Below, piece by piece: positions 26,906-41,609 of a stretch of DNA of 64,000 nucleotides (the first letter of the stretch is position 1; the number at the start of each line of letters is the position of its first letter). The notes beneath the pieces are model-generated. The model was given only the letters and a program-made list of their open reading frames with translations. It had not been told where the DNA came from and ran no database searches. This DNA comes from Eledone cirrhosa. Its lineage: Eukaryota. The stretch is taken from assembly GCA_964016885.1 (NCBI GenBank), contig OZ024751.1, positions 8,618,001 to 8,682,000 on the forward strand, written 5' to 3'. The position numbers were made by a program, and so were the translations under genes.

Positions 26906-29427
26906 AACCTTCACTCTTTGACATTACAGATAGAACAGATTATCTATACCATTTCCTGTCAGCATGACTTGGCAAGCTATTTAGAACGCTGGTTTAACCA
27001 CTTTACTTCCCTCCGAAGAAGAGATATTATCTCGAAAATAAATAAATTTAAGGTAAAAGACTAATTGTCAACAACTTTTGCATTTGCATTTATATTCTTT
27101 ATCCTTACCTGCATTGTTTTGGCTTTACAAATACAAACGTTTATGCCTCATTTCACAATGCTTCAAGTGAACTATAACTTCCTCCCTTCCTTACGCCTGA
27201 GCCAGGCCCAGTTCACAATTGTAAAGATACTCTTCCAGCTATCTAAAAAGCGCGCCAAAGCGGGCTGCCAAATAAACTTCCTCAAACGTTGCCTGAATAA
27301 CAACACCATCCCAAAAACTATCAAAAGGTTACACCTACCAACATGCTTCATATCACCAGGCCTCAAATGAACACTTAGCTACATACAAAGATTCTGCCTA
27401 AGAAAACTCATACAACACCTACACCGCACGCTACAACAACACATACGGACTATTTCCAGCCTTGTACCACAACTCACTGAAACCCCAGAACCTCTTCCAA
27501 GAGTTATCTCCGCCGCTATAGACAGGTCATACCACTATCGACGAGACTACGAGGAATTACGCCTAACGCCAACATTTCTCAAACCTACGGAATAGGGAAC
27601 TTATATACTTCCCATCCGACAAAGGTAAAGAGTTTTGTATCATCTCTCAAGCCACATACAACAACATAGCCTTTGAACACGTAAGCGACAATGAACTATA
27701 TACAGCTGTAGATTTATTGACGGACTGCGTGGTTGCAGACGACATCCACTGCTACGGCCTGCATCCGACGGACATACACCAGCTTGTGTTCTTCACAGTG
27801 GACAACACGTACTTCACCTTCCACCACCTCACATACAGACAGACAACAGGATTACCCATGGGATGCAACCTATCGGGCCTGCTGGCCATCAGCTACATGA
27901 ACCAGCTAGAATGCCGAGCCCTCAGCACCTGCCATTCCCATACCTTCTTCACCCGATATGTATATGACATACTCGTCCTTACATAATCCCGTGAGGAGGT
28001 GGATAAAATATACACAACATTCTCCAGCATGGACGCCAGTATAAAGTTCAGCATGGAACACCCCGATGACCGCGGATCCCTATCCCTACGGGACTTCCAA
28101 CTCAGGGTAACAGAGGAAGGCAACATCCACACCTGTTTCTATAAAAAAGCCGCCAGCAGGACCTGTTTGTACATTTCAGATCGGATTTCCTAGCCGACGC
28201 TAAGTTCGGATACATATGGAACGAACTAACACGTATCCGGTACAAATGCACTGACGCTAGAGACCGAGACGCACACACCACACATTTCCTGGAAGTACTC
28301 AAACTGAACGGATATCCGACGTCCACCACGAACCGTGCCAGAAAGAACAGAGGACACCGCACCCGAGGCACTATCACCTGCTTCCTGAAGCTCCCACACT
28401 TTAGTGAGGAAACAACAACAGCCATCCGCAGAGCTCTCAGACGAGAGGGACTAGATATCCAACTAGCCCACTCAGGACCTTCTTAACGCAGACAGCTAAA
28501 GAAAAGACACTCCACCAGATATGACAGCCGCTGCAGGCTATCCAACTGCCCCATCAACGACACAGACCTTGCCACCAGCCTTACGTCGTATACAGATTAG
28601 AGTGCGAAAAATGCAGCAACTTATACGTAGGTAGCACCACCAGGCCACGTCACATAAGAATAAAAAACACCTCAATACTAACGCTTCCTCATTTAAAAGA
28701 CACCTAGTGAAATGCAAAAACACCGACAAAGACATAACAGTTAGGATAGAAACTAAGGAAAGAAACCTCGGCAATCTTAGAATTAAGGAAGCATTGATTA
28801 TAGACAAAACACAACCACCAATCAATAACAGACTATAACTCAACACCCAATGTATAACTTGATAGAGCACCTAGACCCATACTTACACCACCACCCTCTC
28901 ACACACACGCACACGCATTCACACACGCATACACACACACATACACACACGCTTACACCTCCACTTATTCTCTCTCACACACACACATACACACACAAAG
29001 ACCAGTTTTAACACGATAGAGCATCTATCCCCCACATTTACGTATAGACATATCTTCTCACACTCACACACACACACCCACACACACACACACACATACT
29101 TACACCTTCACGTATTCTCCCACACACTTAAACATACATTTACAAAACCCCTTTTAAAGGGAGACTACTCGTTATCCACCTAACCTTCACTCTTTAACAT
29201 TAGAGATAGAACATATTCTCTATACCATTTCCTGTCAGCATGACTTGGCAAGCTATTTTGAACGCTGGTATAACCACTTTACTGCCCTCCGAAGAAGAGA
29301 TATTATCTCGAAATTTAAGGATATTTAAATAAATTTAAGGTAAAAGAGTAATTGTCAACAATTATTTTGAAATTGCATTTATATTTTATATCCATACCTG
29401 CATTGTTTTGGCTTTACAAATACAGAC

Positions 29428-29431
<4 letters not shown>
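26899..29431 (+). mobile_element. PLE family B copy with 5' and 3' direct terminal repeats (pLTR), internally deleted
   Basis: 26899-27140 is repeated at 29176-29431; ORF start MLQVNYNF at 27158; FLKRCL, PSDKG, GLPMG and GIY-YIG pieces; deletion near 27705. Confidence 0.92.
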
Positions 29432-29486
<55 letters not shown>

Positions 29487-30218
29487 TGCAGTAGTTTGGA
29501 CAAGCTAGGCGTCTACTTTGGTAGATTGGTAGGCAGATAGCAATGTAGAACATTTAGATTTCAATCCTCTGGTTAAATTCACGGTAGAGATATTTGGTCA
29601 CCACAAGAACAATCTTTCTATTTCTCTTCAGTTAATTGGATAAAAGGATAAATAGACCAGGCAACTAACGTATTTGTAACTCATTTGAGACAAACGTATT
29701 TAGTAATTATGTCTAAATCAGAAGAGTTATCTTACGTGCAGGAAAGAAATGCTCCCCAAAGAATATTGTTGAAGAAAGAATAATCATAAACATCTGTTAC
29801 TTTGCGACACACCAAGGATAATGATCATATAATTATTTCTGGCATTTGGAGTCAAAATACATTTATATATATAAAGTGTGAAATCTCTGCAGTTAACTGA
29901 AACTTATTTAAATCGTAAACATTTTAAATAACATTCTAAACCAAAAATATAGTGAATGACAAACGTTTAGTGAATCGCTTCTGTAATCACAACTATTTTC
30001 AAATACACCCCTTCTCCTTCTCTTTCTTTCGGGGCCTCCTAATAATGTTTCCTATATCTCACGTTTTCCTCTCACGTATGGCTTTTATAGGGCTTTCCTC
30101 TACTCACCGATACACCCAGACCTGCCCTTTTTACCCCTTAACGCTTTTTTTCATTACTTAATTTTGTTTTTCATATTTACATTATGATATAACCTTTTCT
30201 TCCGTTTATGTATAACAG

Positions 30219-30281
<63 letters not shown>

Positions 30282-30283
<2 letters not shown>

Positions 30284-30666
30284 GATAACAAGTTATTGTT
30301 ATAGGTAATCCAGCTAGAGGTTGTGAGCACTCTGTATTGTGGATAGTTTTAATGTACGGCGTTATTTGACTCAACAACATGTTTCCATAGTTAGGCAGCG
30401 AGTTCGCGGGAATTCCTATGCAGGTTATTCTTGGAGTAATAATAGTGAAAGATTGAAGAATAATATGGTCGGCTGTACAAAAAGGGGTTTATTTCAGGAA
30501 TCAACAATTGTTTCATTGATCAGGTGAATCTAAAGCCCATTAATCACTCGATGTTGCGTCACTCGACCTTAAATACAGTGTTTACCTCTGATCAAATCAT
30601 CGGAATTCCGATGAATACCTGAAATAAAACCCTTTTTGTACAGCCGACCATGTTATTCTTCAATCT

Positions 30667-30672
<6 letters not shown>
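30282..30672. mobile_element. Non-autonomous fold-back element J inside (TA)n
   Basis: Inverted arms 30442-30500 / 30614-30672; about 160-nt extra tail on the left. Confidence 0.85.
30497..30609 (-). ncRNA. HHR motif with long helix II (family J)
   Basis: ggaatt-CCGATGA-t-ttgatcag...ctgatcaa-t-GAAA-caattg-TT-gattcc. Confidence 0.7.
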
Positions 30673-30699
<27 letters not shown>

Positions 30700-30702
<3 letters not shown>

Positions 30703-31046
30703 GTGTACCTCCGGCATTCACGACTCCGGTTATTCGCGAAATGTTCCTAACGAACTAAATAATAATTGTTCGCGGAATCTATCGCATATTCACCGAATCG
30801 TAAATATCTTCCACGATGTTATTTATGAATTATATAATTTATTTTAACGCTAAATTATTAACAATGTACCATATTTGCCGGCCTATTGAAGGCTTCTTCG
30901 CATAAAATGCTCCGTTTTTTTAAATTATATTTTACGTTATATTTTGAAGTGTATAGGCATTTTAATATACCACGGCCAGTTTACAGTTTTACAATTTTTC
31001 GCGGGCGGTCTAAGAACGCAACTCCTGCGAATACCGCTGGAAATCT
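30700..31046. mobile_element. Tigger-type MITE, decayed
   Basis: tagtgtacctccggcattcacg ... gcgaataccgctggaaatctg, imperfect TIRs with internal ttcgcg repeats. Confidence 0.55.
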
Positions 31047-31416
31047 GCATACATATATATATATACATAATATATATATATGTGGGTGTGTGTGTGTGTT
31101 ATATCAGCATTATATCTAGCCATATATAGACAGACATGAACAAGATGAGCACTCAGTACATGTATGTAGAGTGCACGTGTACATTAAAATGTGTGCGTGT
31201 TACAGAGCATGTGTATTTGTCTCTGAACATTGGGTAGCTGTACCTTTCACATGACTGTACAAAAGGTTTATATATATATAAAATTATATATAAATGTGAA
31301 TGTATATATATATTTCTTACTCCAAAAATGTGTTGAGTGCTTTATATCAGTTATAAAAATATTTGCTTGTTGTATCCCAACAAATTAAATATAACTTCTA
31401 CACACACACACATATA

Positions 31417-31570
31417 TATCTCTTGCTTCACACTCTACGTGTATATATATATATATATGTATGTAAATATATATACTTGCATGCTTGTATCAATGTTATC
31501 TATGTATATATGCATGCCTGTAAGTATATATGCATATGTGTATATACATACATATATACGCACGTGCACA

Positions 31571-31628
<58 letters not shown>

Positions 31629-31707
31629 TATACACATATGCATATATACTCACAGGCATGCATATATACATAGATAACATAGATAAAAGCATGCAAGTAT
31701 ATATATT

Positions 31708-31749
<42 letters not shown>

Positions 31750-31770
31750 TAGAGTGTGAAGCAAGAGATA
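31417..31770. repeat. Fold-back with about 135-bp inverted arms around (TA)n
   Basis: tatctcttgcttcacactctac...gcatgcctgtaagtat / atactcacaggcatgc...gtagagtgtgaagcaagagata. Confidence 0.9.
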
Positions 31771-33139
31771 CAACGAAAGGCTATGATAGATATTAATTAT
31801 TACAAGTTAGTTATATAGGAATATGTATTGAAATATTTCATTGTGTTATCTTAAAGTAATATTTCCTTTTACTTTTATCACAACCTATCTGCTCTATCAT
31901 ACATAAAATATCTTAATAGTTTTTTTTTCTTGCATTGAATACAACCTAGTTTTTAAAGAAACAAAATATGTTCCTAATGTGCGTTACTACAATAACATAC
32001 ATTGATTTGATTAAATTAAAACTACCACGATAAATATTTTATTTAATGTTTCAATTAAAATATTCATATTGATTTGTTTCAGGTGTGGCAAATGCTAAAG
32101 GGATAAAGCAAACATTTCACATTATTTCTATTAATTTAGATTTTTTTTTTTTTTTTCTGTTTGCAATAATCTCCATTAGTTTGCACACCGGTTAATGAGA
32201 CTAATTTGGTGAGTCACCTAATTTATTTAACTTTTCTGTCCAAACTAGGAGCATAGTCATGATACAAGTGCAGCTAGTTTCGATCTGACCAATGGCGTCA
32301 TCAGGCAAATGTATTTAGATTATTCAGGTCATGTTTTGAACTTTCCATATGACAAAAGCAATCACAGTTTACGAAAGCCCAATTAGTATTGATATCGCTT
32401 TATTTTTTTTATTTTTACATTTTGTTTTAAAACATAATTCGTCTTTCTATCGATTTTATGCGAAACCGTGTGTTGGAACAGCTAAAACTATATGCATAGG
32501 TTGAATTTTACTTCAGCTCTTATAAATTAGGTAAAAATTTCATTCATTGGTAGGTTTTGAAGCTAAATGGTTATGTAATTTTCGAAGTTTCAGTGTTGTC
32601 TCACTGGCTCCAGTGCAGGGGTGATCATTTATGTCAAGTGGTTAGTATTCTCAGAATTCTGTATTTACTGGATACTTTTTGCCATTGTTGTAATTGCTAT
32701 TGGTACACCTCCATCTCTAATAGCAATACAATGAGTAGTTAGTGTTGTACTTAGTAAGAGTTGTAATAGTGATACAGTGGTTAGTAAGCATTGTCATTAG
32801 TGATAATGGAGAGGAGCACAAATCATTGATGACATTCCCCTGAAATGCCACGTCATTCTAATTGAACATATCAAAATAGATTTGACAGGTTTATTTTCAG
32901 TTAAACCTACGAATTACTTTTATTTACCAAAGTAACAATATAAAGAAGAGAAGCTCACACGAGCTTATGTTTATATTTGCAGCATGGCCCACACAACTTA
33001 TAACTTCCGAAGTGAATCACTCCCCATGCACCCACACACACACACTGTACTCTGTTATCGCTAGAAGAAAGGATGGCGATTGCCATCTATAAATCATTGC
33101 GCAATGAGGCTGTTTGCTTACAAACGAATCGAATATCAT

Positions 33140-33285
33140 TAGCATAGGTACGTTCCTTTACGATCTGAGTTCAAATCCCGCCGAGGTTGACTTTGCCTTT
33201 CATTCTTGCGGGGTCGATAAAATAAAGTACCAGTAATGCACTGGTTAATTGCTGGCCGTGTGCCTAAAGTAGAAACACTTATTAT
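33140..33285 (+). mobile_element. SINE
   Basis: gagttcaaatcccgccgaggttgactttgcctttcatt...gggtcgataaaataaagtaccagt. Confidence 0.8.
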
Positions 33286-33363
33286 TTTCGATATAAATCT
33301 CACGAATTCATAGATTAAAGATGGCATGTCTGAGAATATCAGAATCAAGCGCCATGCCACCTG

Positions 33364-33405
<42 letters not shown>

Positions 33406-33954
33406 GGGACAAAACATAGTTTCATTCAAGACTATTAGTATACAGAGAGCACCAGTGACAAGAGGCATTTACTTAGCAAGCGTTGGAAGTGTCAGATCGA
33501 AACAAAAGCCACGTGCTAGCGAATGAAACACCATAGCCACTCAGCCAAACCTGTATATAACCTTTGATTGATGTCTAACCAAATAACGTCGAGAAAAGTT
33601 TTAATTTTAATAAGTGTTGGATCAATAACCTGAGTAGTGTGCTTATAATGTTGTCAATTCGATATACGATGATGTATATTTTATCTGATTTATGTATCTA
33701 TTATGTATGAGTTTCACTATTATCATTTGTTTTATCTGCGAAACCAATATCAAAATATAATTTTATACTATAACTTTCCGAAAGCAATAGTTAGATAGTA
33801 AAATGAACTTAGTAAACAGATAATAAATATGGTGTTTAGTTGTCTAAACACTCCAAAAGTTTAATGCAGAATATCCATCGCTTGCCAGTTAGGTATTTAC
33901 TAAAATTGCAATTACTGTTATATTTTGTATCTGTATACATATTTCTATACATAC

Positions 33955-34058
<104 letters not shown>

Positions 34059-34078
34059 ACATATATATATATATATAT

Positions 34079-34266
34079 ATAAGAGGGTCCGGGGAAACTT
34101 TCATAGGTTGACTAAGAAGCTATGTAGCTAGAGCTGTGAAACTTGTATGCATTAATTTTAACTCTTCTTGTTTCTTCCCAGAGTCTATGTTAAAATGTAA
34201 ACCTACATTTATCATTCCATTTGAGTATCTGCGTCAGCTTCTGAACTTTTCATCCGACCCTCGTAT
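34079..34266. mobile_element. Mariner-type MITE
   Basis: Imperfect TIRs taagagggtccggggaaa / tttcatccgaccctcgta, flanked by TA. Confidence 0.6.
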
Positions 34267-34659
34267 ATAAAATTACAAAATTTGAGGAAATAATAAACAG
34301 AAATATAGCTATTTTTATTCAAACTCCCGACTACAGATACGCCGATCCGTGTGCAACTTTATGCAATATAAAAATGTATCATCGTTATGAGGAAATCGGC
34401 TTTTCATAAGGTACCTCAGGAAAAAGGACTGTTTCTTTGACACGTTTGTTGCAAGTGAGAAAATCTCTATTAGGCGGATTAAAGGAATTAATACGTAATA
34501 CATCGGTAAAAAAAGGGTTTGTTTCTTTTGTAGCAAGGGAAATATCTCAAGAGGTGGAGGGATAAAGTACCGTGGACAGGGAGTGAATCATATATTTGCT
34601 AGAAAAAAGCAGTTGGTTCACGCACGGGTTAACTCGACGATAGGGGAGTATCAGACAAT

Positions 34660-35003
34660 ATAATAATTGTTTATACTTTTGGTGCAAGGCCAGCAAATTA
34701 CCCAGTGCATTAATGGTACTTTATTTTAGAGTTAACCTCGGCGGTATTTGAACTCAGAATGGCAAGGACCGTAACTCTATGCGTCAAGGTATGGCGTCCG
34801 ACCCTCTACCGATACTGCCAATCAACTTATAATAATTGTTTCTACTTTAAGCACAATGCCAGCAAATTACCCAGTGTATTACTGATACTTTATTTTATCG
34901 ACCCCGTAAGGATGAAAGGCAAAGTTAACCACGGCGGGATTTAAACTCAGAATAGCAAGGGCCATAACTCTAAGCGTCAAAGCATGGCGTCCGACTCTCT
35001 ACC
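34660..35003 (-). mobile_element. Two tandem SINE copies
   Basis: gccagcaaattacccagtg...gttaacc.cggcgg.attt.aactcagaat.gcaagg...atggcgtccgac.ctctacc occurs twice. Confidence 0.8.
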
Positions 35004-35038
35004 CATACAGCTGAAAATTAATACATGAAATAATATAT

Positions 35039-35143
<105 letters not shown>

Positions 35144-35156
35144 TATATATATATTA

Positions 35157-35256
35157 TACACTGGTCTGTTGGAGATGCAGGATATGGCAGCGATAATGAG
35201 GGACAGAGACCGCTGGAGAGAACTCGTCCATGGATCTCGGGAATTTTACCCGCCTT

Positions 35257-35258
<2 letters not shown>
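35157..35258 (+). mobile_element. RTE-like LINE 3' tip inside (TA)n
   Basis: Translates [32 protein letters not shown], matching the RTE C-terminal DR..WR..V motif. Confidence 0.6.
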
Positions 35259-35296
<38 letters not shown>

Positions 35297-35390
35297 TAAC
35301 TCATGTCTATAGAATCAATCAGATATTAAAATATATACTATTTCTTCTTCTATTCGATTTAATTTTATTTTATTTTATGTATGTGATAAC

Positions 35391-35481
<91 letters not shown>

Positions 35482-35823
35482 AATATATATATAAATATAT
35501 ATATATATATAAATATATATATATAAATATAAATATATAAATATATAAATATTTATATATATATATATAAATATATATATATAAATATATATATATATAA
35601 ATATATATATAAATATATATATATATAAATATATATATATAAATATATATATAAATATATATATATATAAATATATATATAAATATATATGTAAAGTTAT
35701 ATTTAAAATTGTTGGGTTACAACTAGTAAATATTTATAAATATTTATATATATATAAATATATATATAAATATATATATATATAAATATATATATAAATA
35801 TATATATATAAATATATATATAA

Positions 35824-35857
<34 letters not shown>

Positions 35858-35859
<2 letters not shown>

Positions 35860-36500
35860 AAATTGGCGCTCTAAAATAGCGATATATATATGTATGTATA
35901 TATAGTGTATTTTACAATACACTGTATGCTTAATTAAAAGCATTTCGAAGACCTTACACTATGGCTTTAGAGTAGTAACAGTCTCACTTAGTTTAAATTT
36001 TCAGCAAACAAGGGAGATATAGCTGACAGAGCTATGTTTCGTACTGATTGGTACTTATCAAAGCCAAGTACTCCACCTGTTAGCTGAAAATCATGAATGT
36101 TTGATTCTTATAGAAATCTAGTAATAATCAGGAACTGATTATACAGGGCCGTTGACGGTCAAGCAGAAATTGAAAATTAGAATTGGCGCTCTGAAATAGC
36201 GATATATATATGTGAATGTATATATAGTTCATTTTGCAATGCACTGTATGCTTAATTAAAAGCATTTCAAAGACCTTACGCTATTGTTTTAGAGTAGTGA
36301 CAGTCTCACTTACATTAAATTTTCAGCAAAGAAGGGAGATAAAGGTGACAGAGCTCTGTTTCGTACTTTTCTCCCTTGTTTGCTGAAAATTTAAAGTAAG
36401 TGAGACTATCACTACTCTAAAACAATAGCGTAAGGTCTTCGAAATGCTTTTAGTCAAGCATAGAGTGTATTGCAAAATACACTATATATACATTCATATA
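35858..36500. mobile_element. Family G1: 320-bp ORF-less tandem unit (about 1.6x) plus inverted arm, inside (TA)n
   Basis: aattggcgctct at 35861 and 36181; inverted arm 36370-36500. Confidence 0.9.
36021..36065 (-). ncRNA. HHR, U3:A8 core variant (G1)
   Basis: ggct-TTGATAA-gtac caatca gtac-GAAA-catagctctg-TC-agct; the second unit has the perfect palindrome acagagctctgt. Confidence 0.8.
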
Positions 36501-36634
36501 TATATTTATATATATAAATATGTATATATATATCTGTATATATAGTTATATATATATATGTGTGTATATATATATATGTGTATATATATATATATATGTG
36601 TATATATATATATATATATGTGTATATATATATA

Positions 36635-36735
<101 letters not shown>

Positions 36736-36856
36736 ATATATATATATTTATATAAATATATATATATATATATATTTATATATATTTATGTATATATATA
36801 TATATATATTTATTTATATATATTTATATATATATATATATTTATTTATATATATT

Positions 36857-36926
<70 letters not shown>

Positions 36927-36962
36927 TATATATACATATATATATATTTATATATATATATT

Positions 36963-37043
<81 letters not shown>

Positions 37044-37146
37044 ATAATAATAATAATAATATTAATAATAATATTATATATATATATATATATCTATTTA
37101 TATATATAAATATATATATGTATATAAATATATATAAATATATATA

Positions 37147-37212
<66 letters not shown>

Positions 37213-37220
37213 CATATATA

Positions 37221-37261
<41 letters not shown>

Positions 37262-37263
<2 letters not shown>

Positions 37264-37568
37264 CTCATAACAACAATACGGCAACATTATTTCACCTCAA
37301 TCGGCCCTGCTCTCTTCAACATCACACCAGGACACGTCAAAACAGAAACTGACCACACAAAATTCAAGAAGTCTTTGGACAAATTCCTCGAAGTAATCCC
37401 GGACAAACCACCCACACCCGGATATGTCTCCGCAAACAGTAATTCTCTTCTCGAATGGGCCATGGTGCCCAAATCCTGAATTGAAAGACTTCGCCAGGTG
37501 GTGCTATTAAGTTAGACATGGCCCGGGCCAATACTGGCCAAAACATTTCAAAGTTATTCAAAGTTATA
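37262..37568 (+). mobile_element. LINE (CR1/L2-group-like) 3' end inside (TA)n
   Basis: Translates [13 protein letters not shown]...[20 protein letters not shown]...NSLLEW; tail caaagttat x2. Confidence 0.8.
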
Positions 37569-37574
37569 TATATA

Positions 37575-37672
<98 letters not shown>

Positions 37673-37744
37673 AATATATATATATATATACATATTTATA
37701 TATTTATATATATATATAAGTATATATATAAAAATCTATATATA

Positions 37745-37836
<92 letters not shown>

Positions 37837-37876
37837 AATATATATATTTATATATATATATATATTTATATAAATA

Positions 37877-39087
37877 TAACTTAATTTAGTTATTATTGCA
37901 CCAACGTGAGGTATATGATTTTTAATGCAATGAAATATCTATGAACGTTGGCAAATCACTGATGAAGGACTCATTTTATAACATGTTATCCATGTGCAAC
38001 CTGCAGTATTCTTCTCCCCATTTTTTCACATATATTTACCTAAACTGCGATTCTGTTTTTTTCTCTCTCTCTTACTGCTCCCTCGTTCTCTCTGTTTCTC
38101 CTACTTTCTTTCGCCCCCTCTGTCATGTCAGTTAACACTTTCTCTCTACTGACCTCTTCCTCACACTTCCACTCACTCACTCACTGTTTCTCCCCTTCTC
38201 ACTTCACTCCGTTCGCGACGAATACAATTTCCTTCTTTCTTACATTTGGATTCATCTCGAAAGGTCTTTTTTCTACGCGCTCATATATTCACCCATCTTA
38301 TGCTGACAGAATAACTATGTAGCTTGTTCTCTTCCTATCTACGGTTAGCTTTCCTCTTTGTTGTTTACTTGTCTCACTCGCTTTACGCGTTTTAATTGTC
38401 CTAATAACTTAATTTAGTTATTATTGCACCAACGTGAGGTATATGATTTTTAATGCAATGAAATATCTATGAACGTTGGCAAATCACTGATGAGGGACTC
38501 ATTTTATAACATGTTATCCATGTGCAACCTGCAGTATTCTTCTCCCCATTTGTTCACATATATTTACCTAAACTGCGATTCTGTTTTTCTCACTCTCTCT
38601 CTTACTGCTCCATCGTTCTCTCTGTTTCTCCTACTTTCTTTCGTCCCCTCTGTCATGTCAGTTAACACTTTCTCTCTAGTGACCTCTTCCTCACACTTCC
38701 ACTCACTCACTCACTGTTTCTCCCCTTCTCACTTCACCCCGTTTGCGACGAATACAATTTCCTTCTTTCTTACATTTGGATTCATCTCGAAAGGTCTTTT
38801 TTCTACGCGCTCATATATTCACCCAGCTTATGCTGACAGAATAACTATGTAGCTTGTTCCCTTCCTATCTACGGTTAGCTTTCCTCTTTGTTGTTTACTT
38901 GTCTCACTCGCTTTACGCGTTTTAATTGTCCTAATAACTTAATTTAGTTATTATTGCACCAACGTGAGGTATATGATTTTTAATACAATGAAATATCTAT
39001 GATCGTTGGCAAATCACTGATGAGGGACTTATTTTATAACATGTTATCCCTGTGCAAACTGCAGTATTCTTCTCCCCATTTTTTCAT
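37877..39087 (+). repeat. Family F: 528-530-bp ORF-less tandem unit x2.3 inside (TA)n
   Basis: taacttaatttagttatt at 37877, 38405 and 38935. Confidence 0.95.
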
Positions 39088-39131
39088 ATATATATATATA
39101 TATGTATATAAATATATGTATATATATATAA

Positions 39132-39200
<69 letters not shown>

Positions 39201-39215
39201 TATATATATATAAAT

Positions 39216-39248
<33 letters not shown>

Positions 39249-39313
39249 AATATATATATATATAAATTAATATATATATATATTTATATATATATATATA
39301 TTTATATATATAT

Positions 39314-39362
<49 letters not shown>

Positions 39363-39365
<3 letters not shown>

Positions 39366-40215
39366 TATTTTCCGTTGTGTTGTAATATAAATATTACACA
39401 CAGTAGATTATCAGCTCACGTAGAGTTTGCTCGACGGTTCCAGTTGTAGTTCCAAAAGTAATCCGGAGAAAAATAGAAAAATTTGAATGGATACAGTTTA
39501 GTTGAAAGGAATTTATTGACACGTGTTTCTATAACAGTTACATAACCTAAAACAGCTATCTACAAACTTTTAGTTATGCAGACATTCAATATTTCAATGT
39601 TATTATTTACTGTCATTTCATCAGAATAATATTACTGAGGACCTATTTAGTTTTTATAGAGAATATTAGGAGGGAGGGGTGAAGTTGTTAGAAGAATAGT
39701 TGAAGGAGTGGTTTTTCGATAGCAGTGAGAATTCTTGGTGGCAGTGAGTAATTATATTCCCATCTGTTGTTTTGACATTTTTTATAGAATATATTATTGG
39801 TTATTTTTCTAAATCTATAGAAGGATTAGAGATAGTGAAGATATGCGTGGTTGGTTTTGTGTTTGCACTTAATTAACATTCAGACTTAAATTTTTCTTTC
39901 AAGTGTACGTATCCTTTCACCCACGCATTCACACACAAATATATTTGCACACCTCTACAAAATACATATACACACAATTCACATATTCATACTTACATAT
40001 ACATACACATGCATACACATATATATACACACATGTATTCATGTACATACATACGCGCTCATGTGTATACATTTTCATACTCAACTTATCTTTATATACA
40101 CACGTATAGACACACACATATATACATACATACTCTAGTCCATGTGTACACACATTCACATACATACACATCCATATACACATATATACATACACATATA
40201 TACATACATATATAC

Positions 40216-40272
<57 letters not shown>

Positions 40273-40714
40273 CATACACAAACATACATATACACACATA
40301 CACATATATATATATATATATAAGCACTTTAATACATGAATACACTTACATCGAACTATACACATTAAACATATATATATATTTACTTATTTATATACAT
40401 TTTCACATATATATACATACTTATGGACGTTTTTAGACACATTCATTATCGCATATTTGTACCTATTCTCATCAGCATATCTTTTCATTATTAGTATGGT
40501 AATTTAAGGTTATTAATATATGTTGAGAAGAGATTGTTTTTATATTTTTCCTCAGTAATATTATTCTGATGAAATGACAGTAAATAATAACATTGAAATA
40601 TTGAATGTCTGCATAACTAAAAGTTTGTAGATAGCTGTTTTAGGTTATGTAACTGTTATAGAAACACGTGTCAATAAATTCCTTTCAACTAAACTGTATC
40701 CATTCAAATCTTTC

Positions 40715-40715
<1 letters not shown>
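39363..40715. mobile_element. Non-autonomous PLE-type element K with about 165-bp inverted arms
   Basis: 39474-39641 is the reverse complement of 40549-40715; about 110-nt extra tail on the left; (TA)n flanks. Confidence 0.9.
40561..40677 (+). ncRNA. HHR with branched, extended helix II (K); inverted copy 39513-39629 (-)
   Basis: ttatt-CTGATGA-a-atgacagt...actgttat-a-GAAA-cacgtg-TC-aataa. Confidence 0.85.
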
Positions 40716-40787
<72 letters not shown>

Positions 40788-40909
40788 TAGAGATATATTT
40801 ATATATATATATATATTTTTTTTTATATATATATTTATATATATATATATATATAAATGTATAAATATATTTATATATATATATATATAAATATATATAT
40901 ATATGTAAA

Positions 40910-41004
<95 letters not shown>

Positions 41005-41005
41005 C

Positions 41006-41076
<71 letters not shown>

Positions 41077-41100
41077 AATATATATATATATATTTATATA

Positions 41101-41576
41101 TAAGTTGTAAAATGAAAACGAAATTTCATTTCTCACTCTTAGTACGGCACTTGTACTTCTGTATACATATATGTATGTACGTATACATATATACTTGCAT
41201 TTAAGTAAGTGCCGTACTAAGAGTGAGAAATGAAATTTCGTTTTCATTCTATTATAACTTATCGTTTTCGGTGCGCCTGGCCGACTGAACTCACTCGATA
41301 TACAAATTAGGCTGCTCAGCCGTTAATTTTCATAAGGAAAGTATATACCTTCGAACGTTCAACTATCTGGCAGAAGGGTATACGGTGCTGACGATAGCTA
41401 ACAAGCTTGAAACTAGTACATCGTTCCTGTGTCAGTGTTGAACAAAAAGGTGACGTGGTTTCCTTAACACCGTACGGCATAAATCAGGCTGTCCGTTTGT
41501 TTACAAACGAACAAAGCGGCATTATAATAAATGTTCGCTAAACTGATACGTACATATATATATGTGTGCCTGTATG

Positions 41577-41609
<33 letters not shown>

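Noticed and set aside
32083-32110. Possible host exon after ttgtttcag
   Set aside because: No donor site or recognisable peptide
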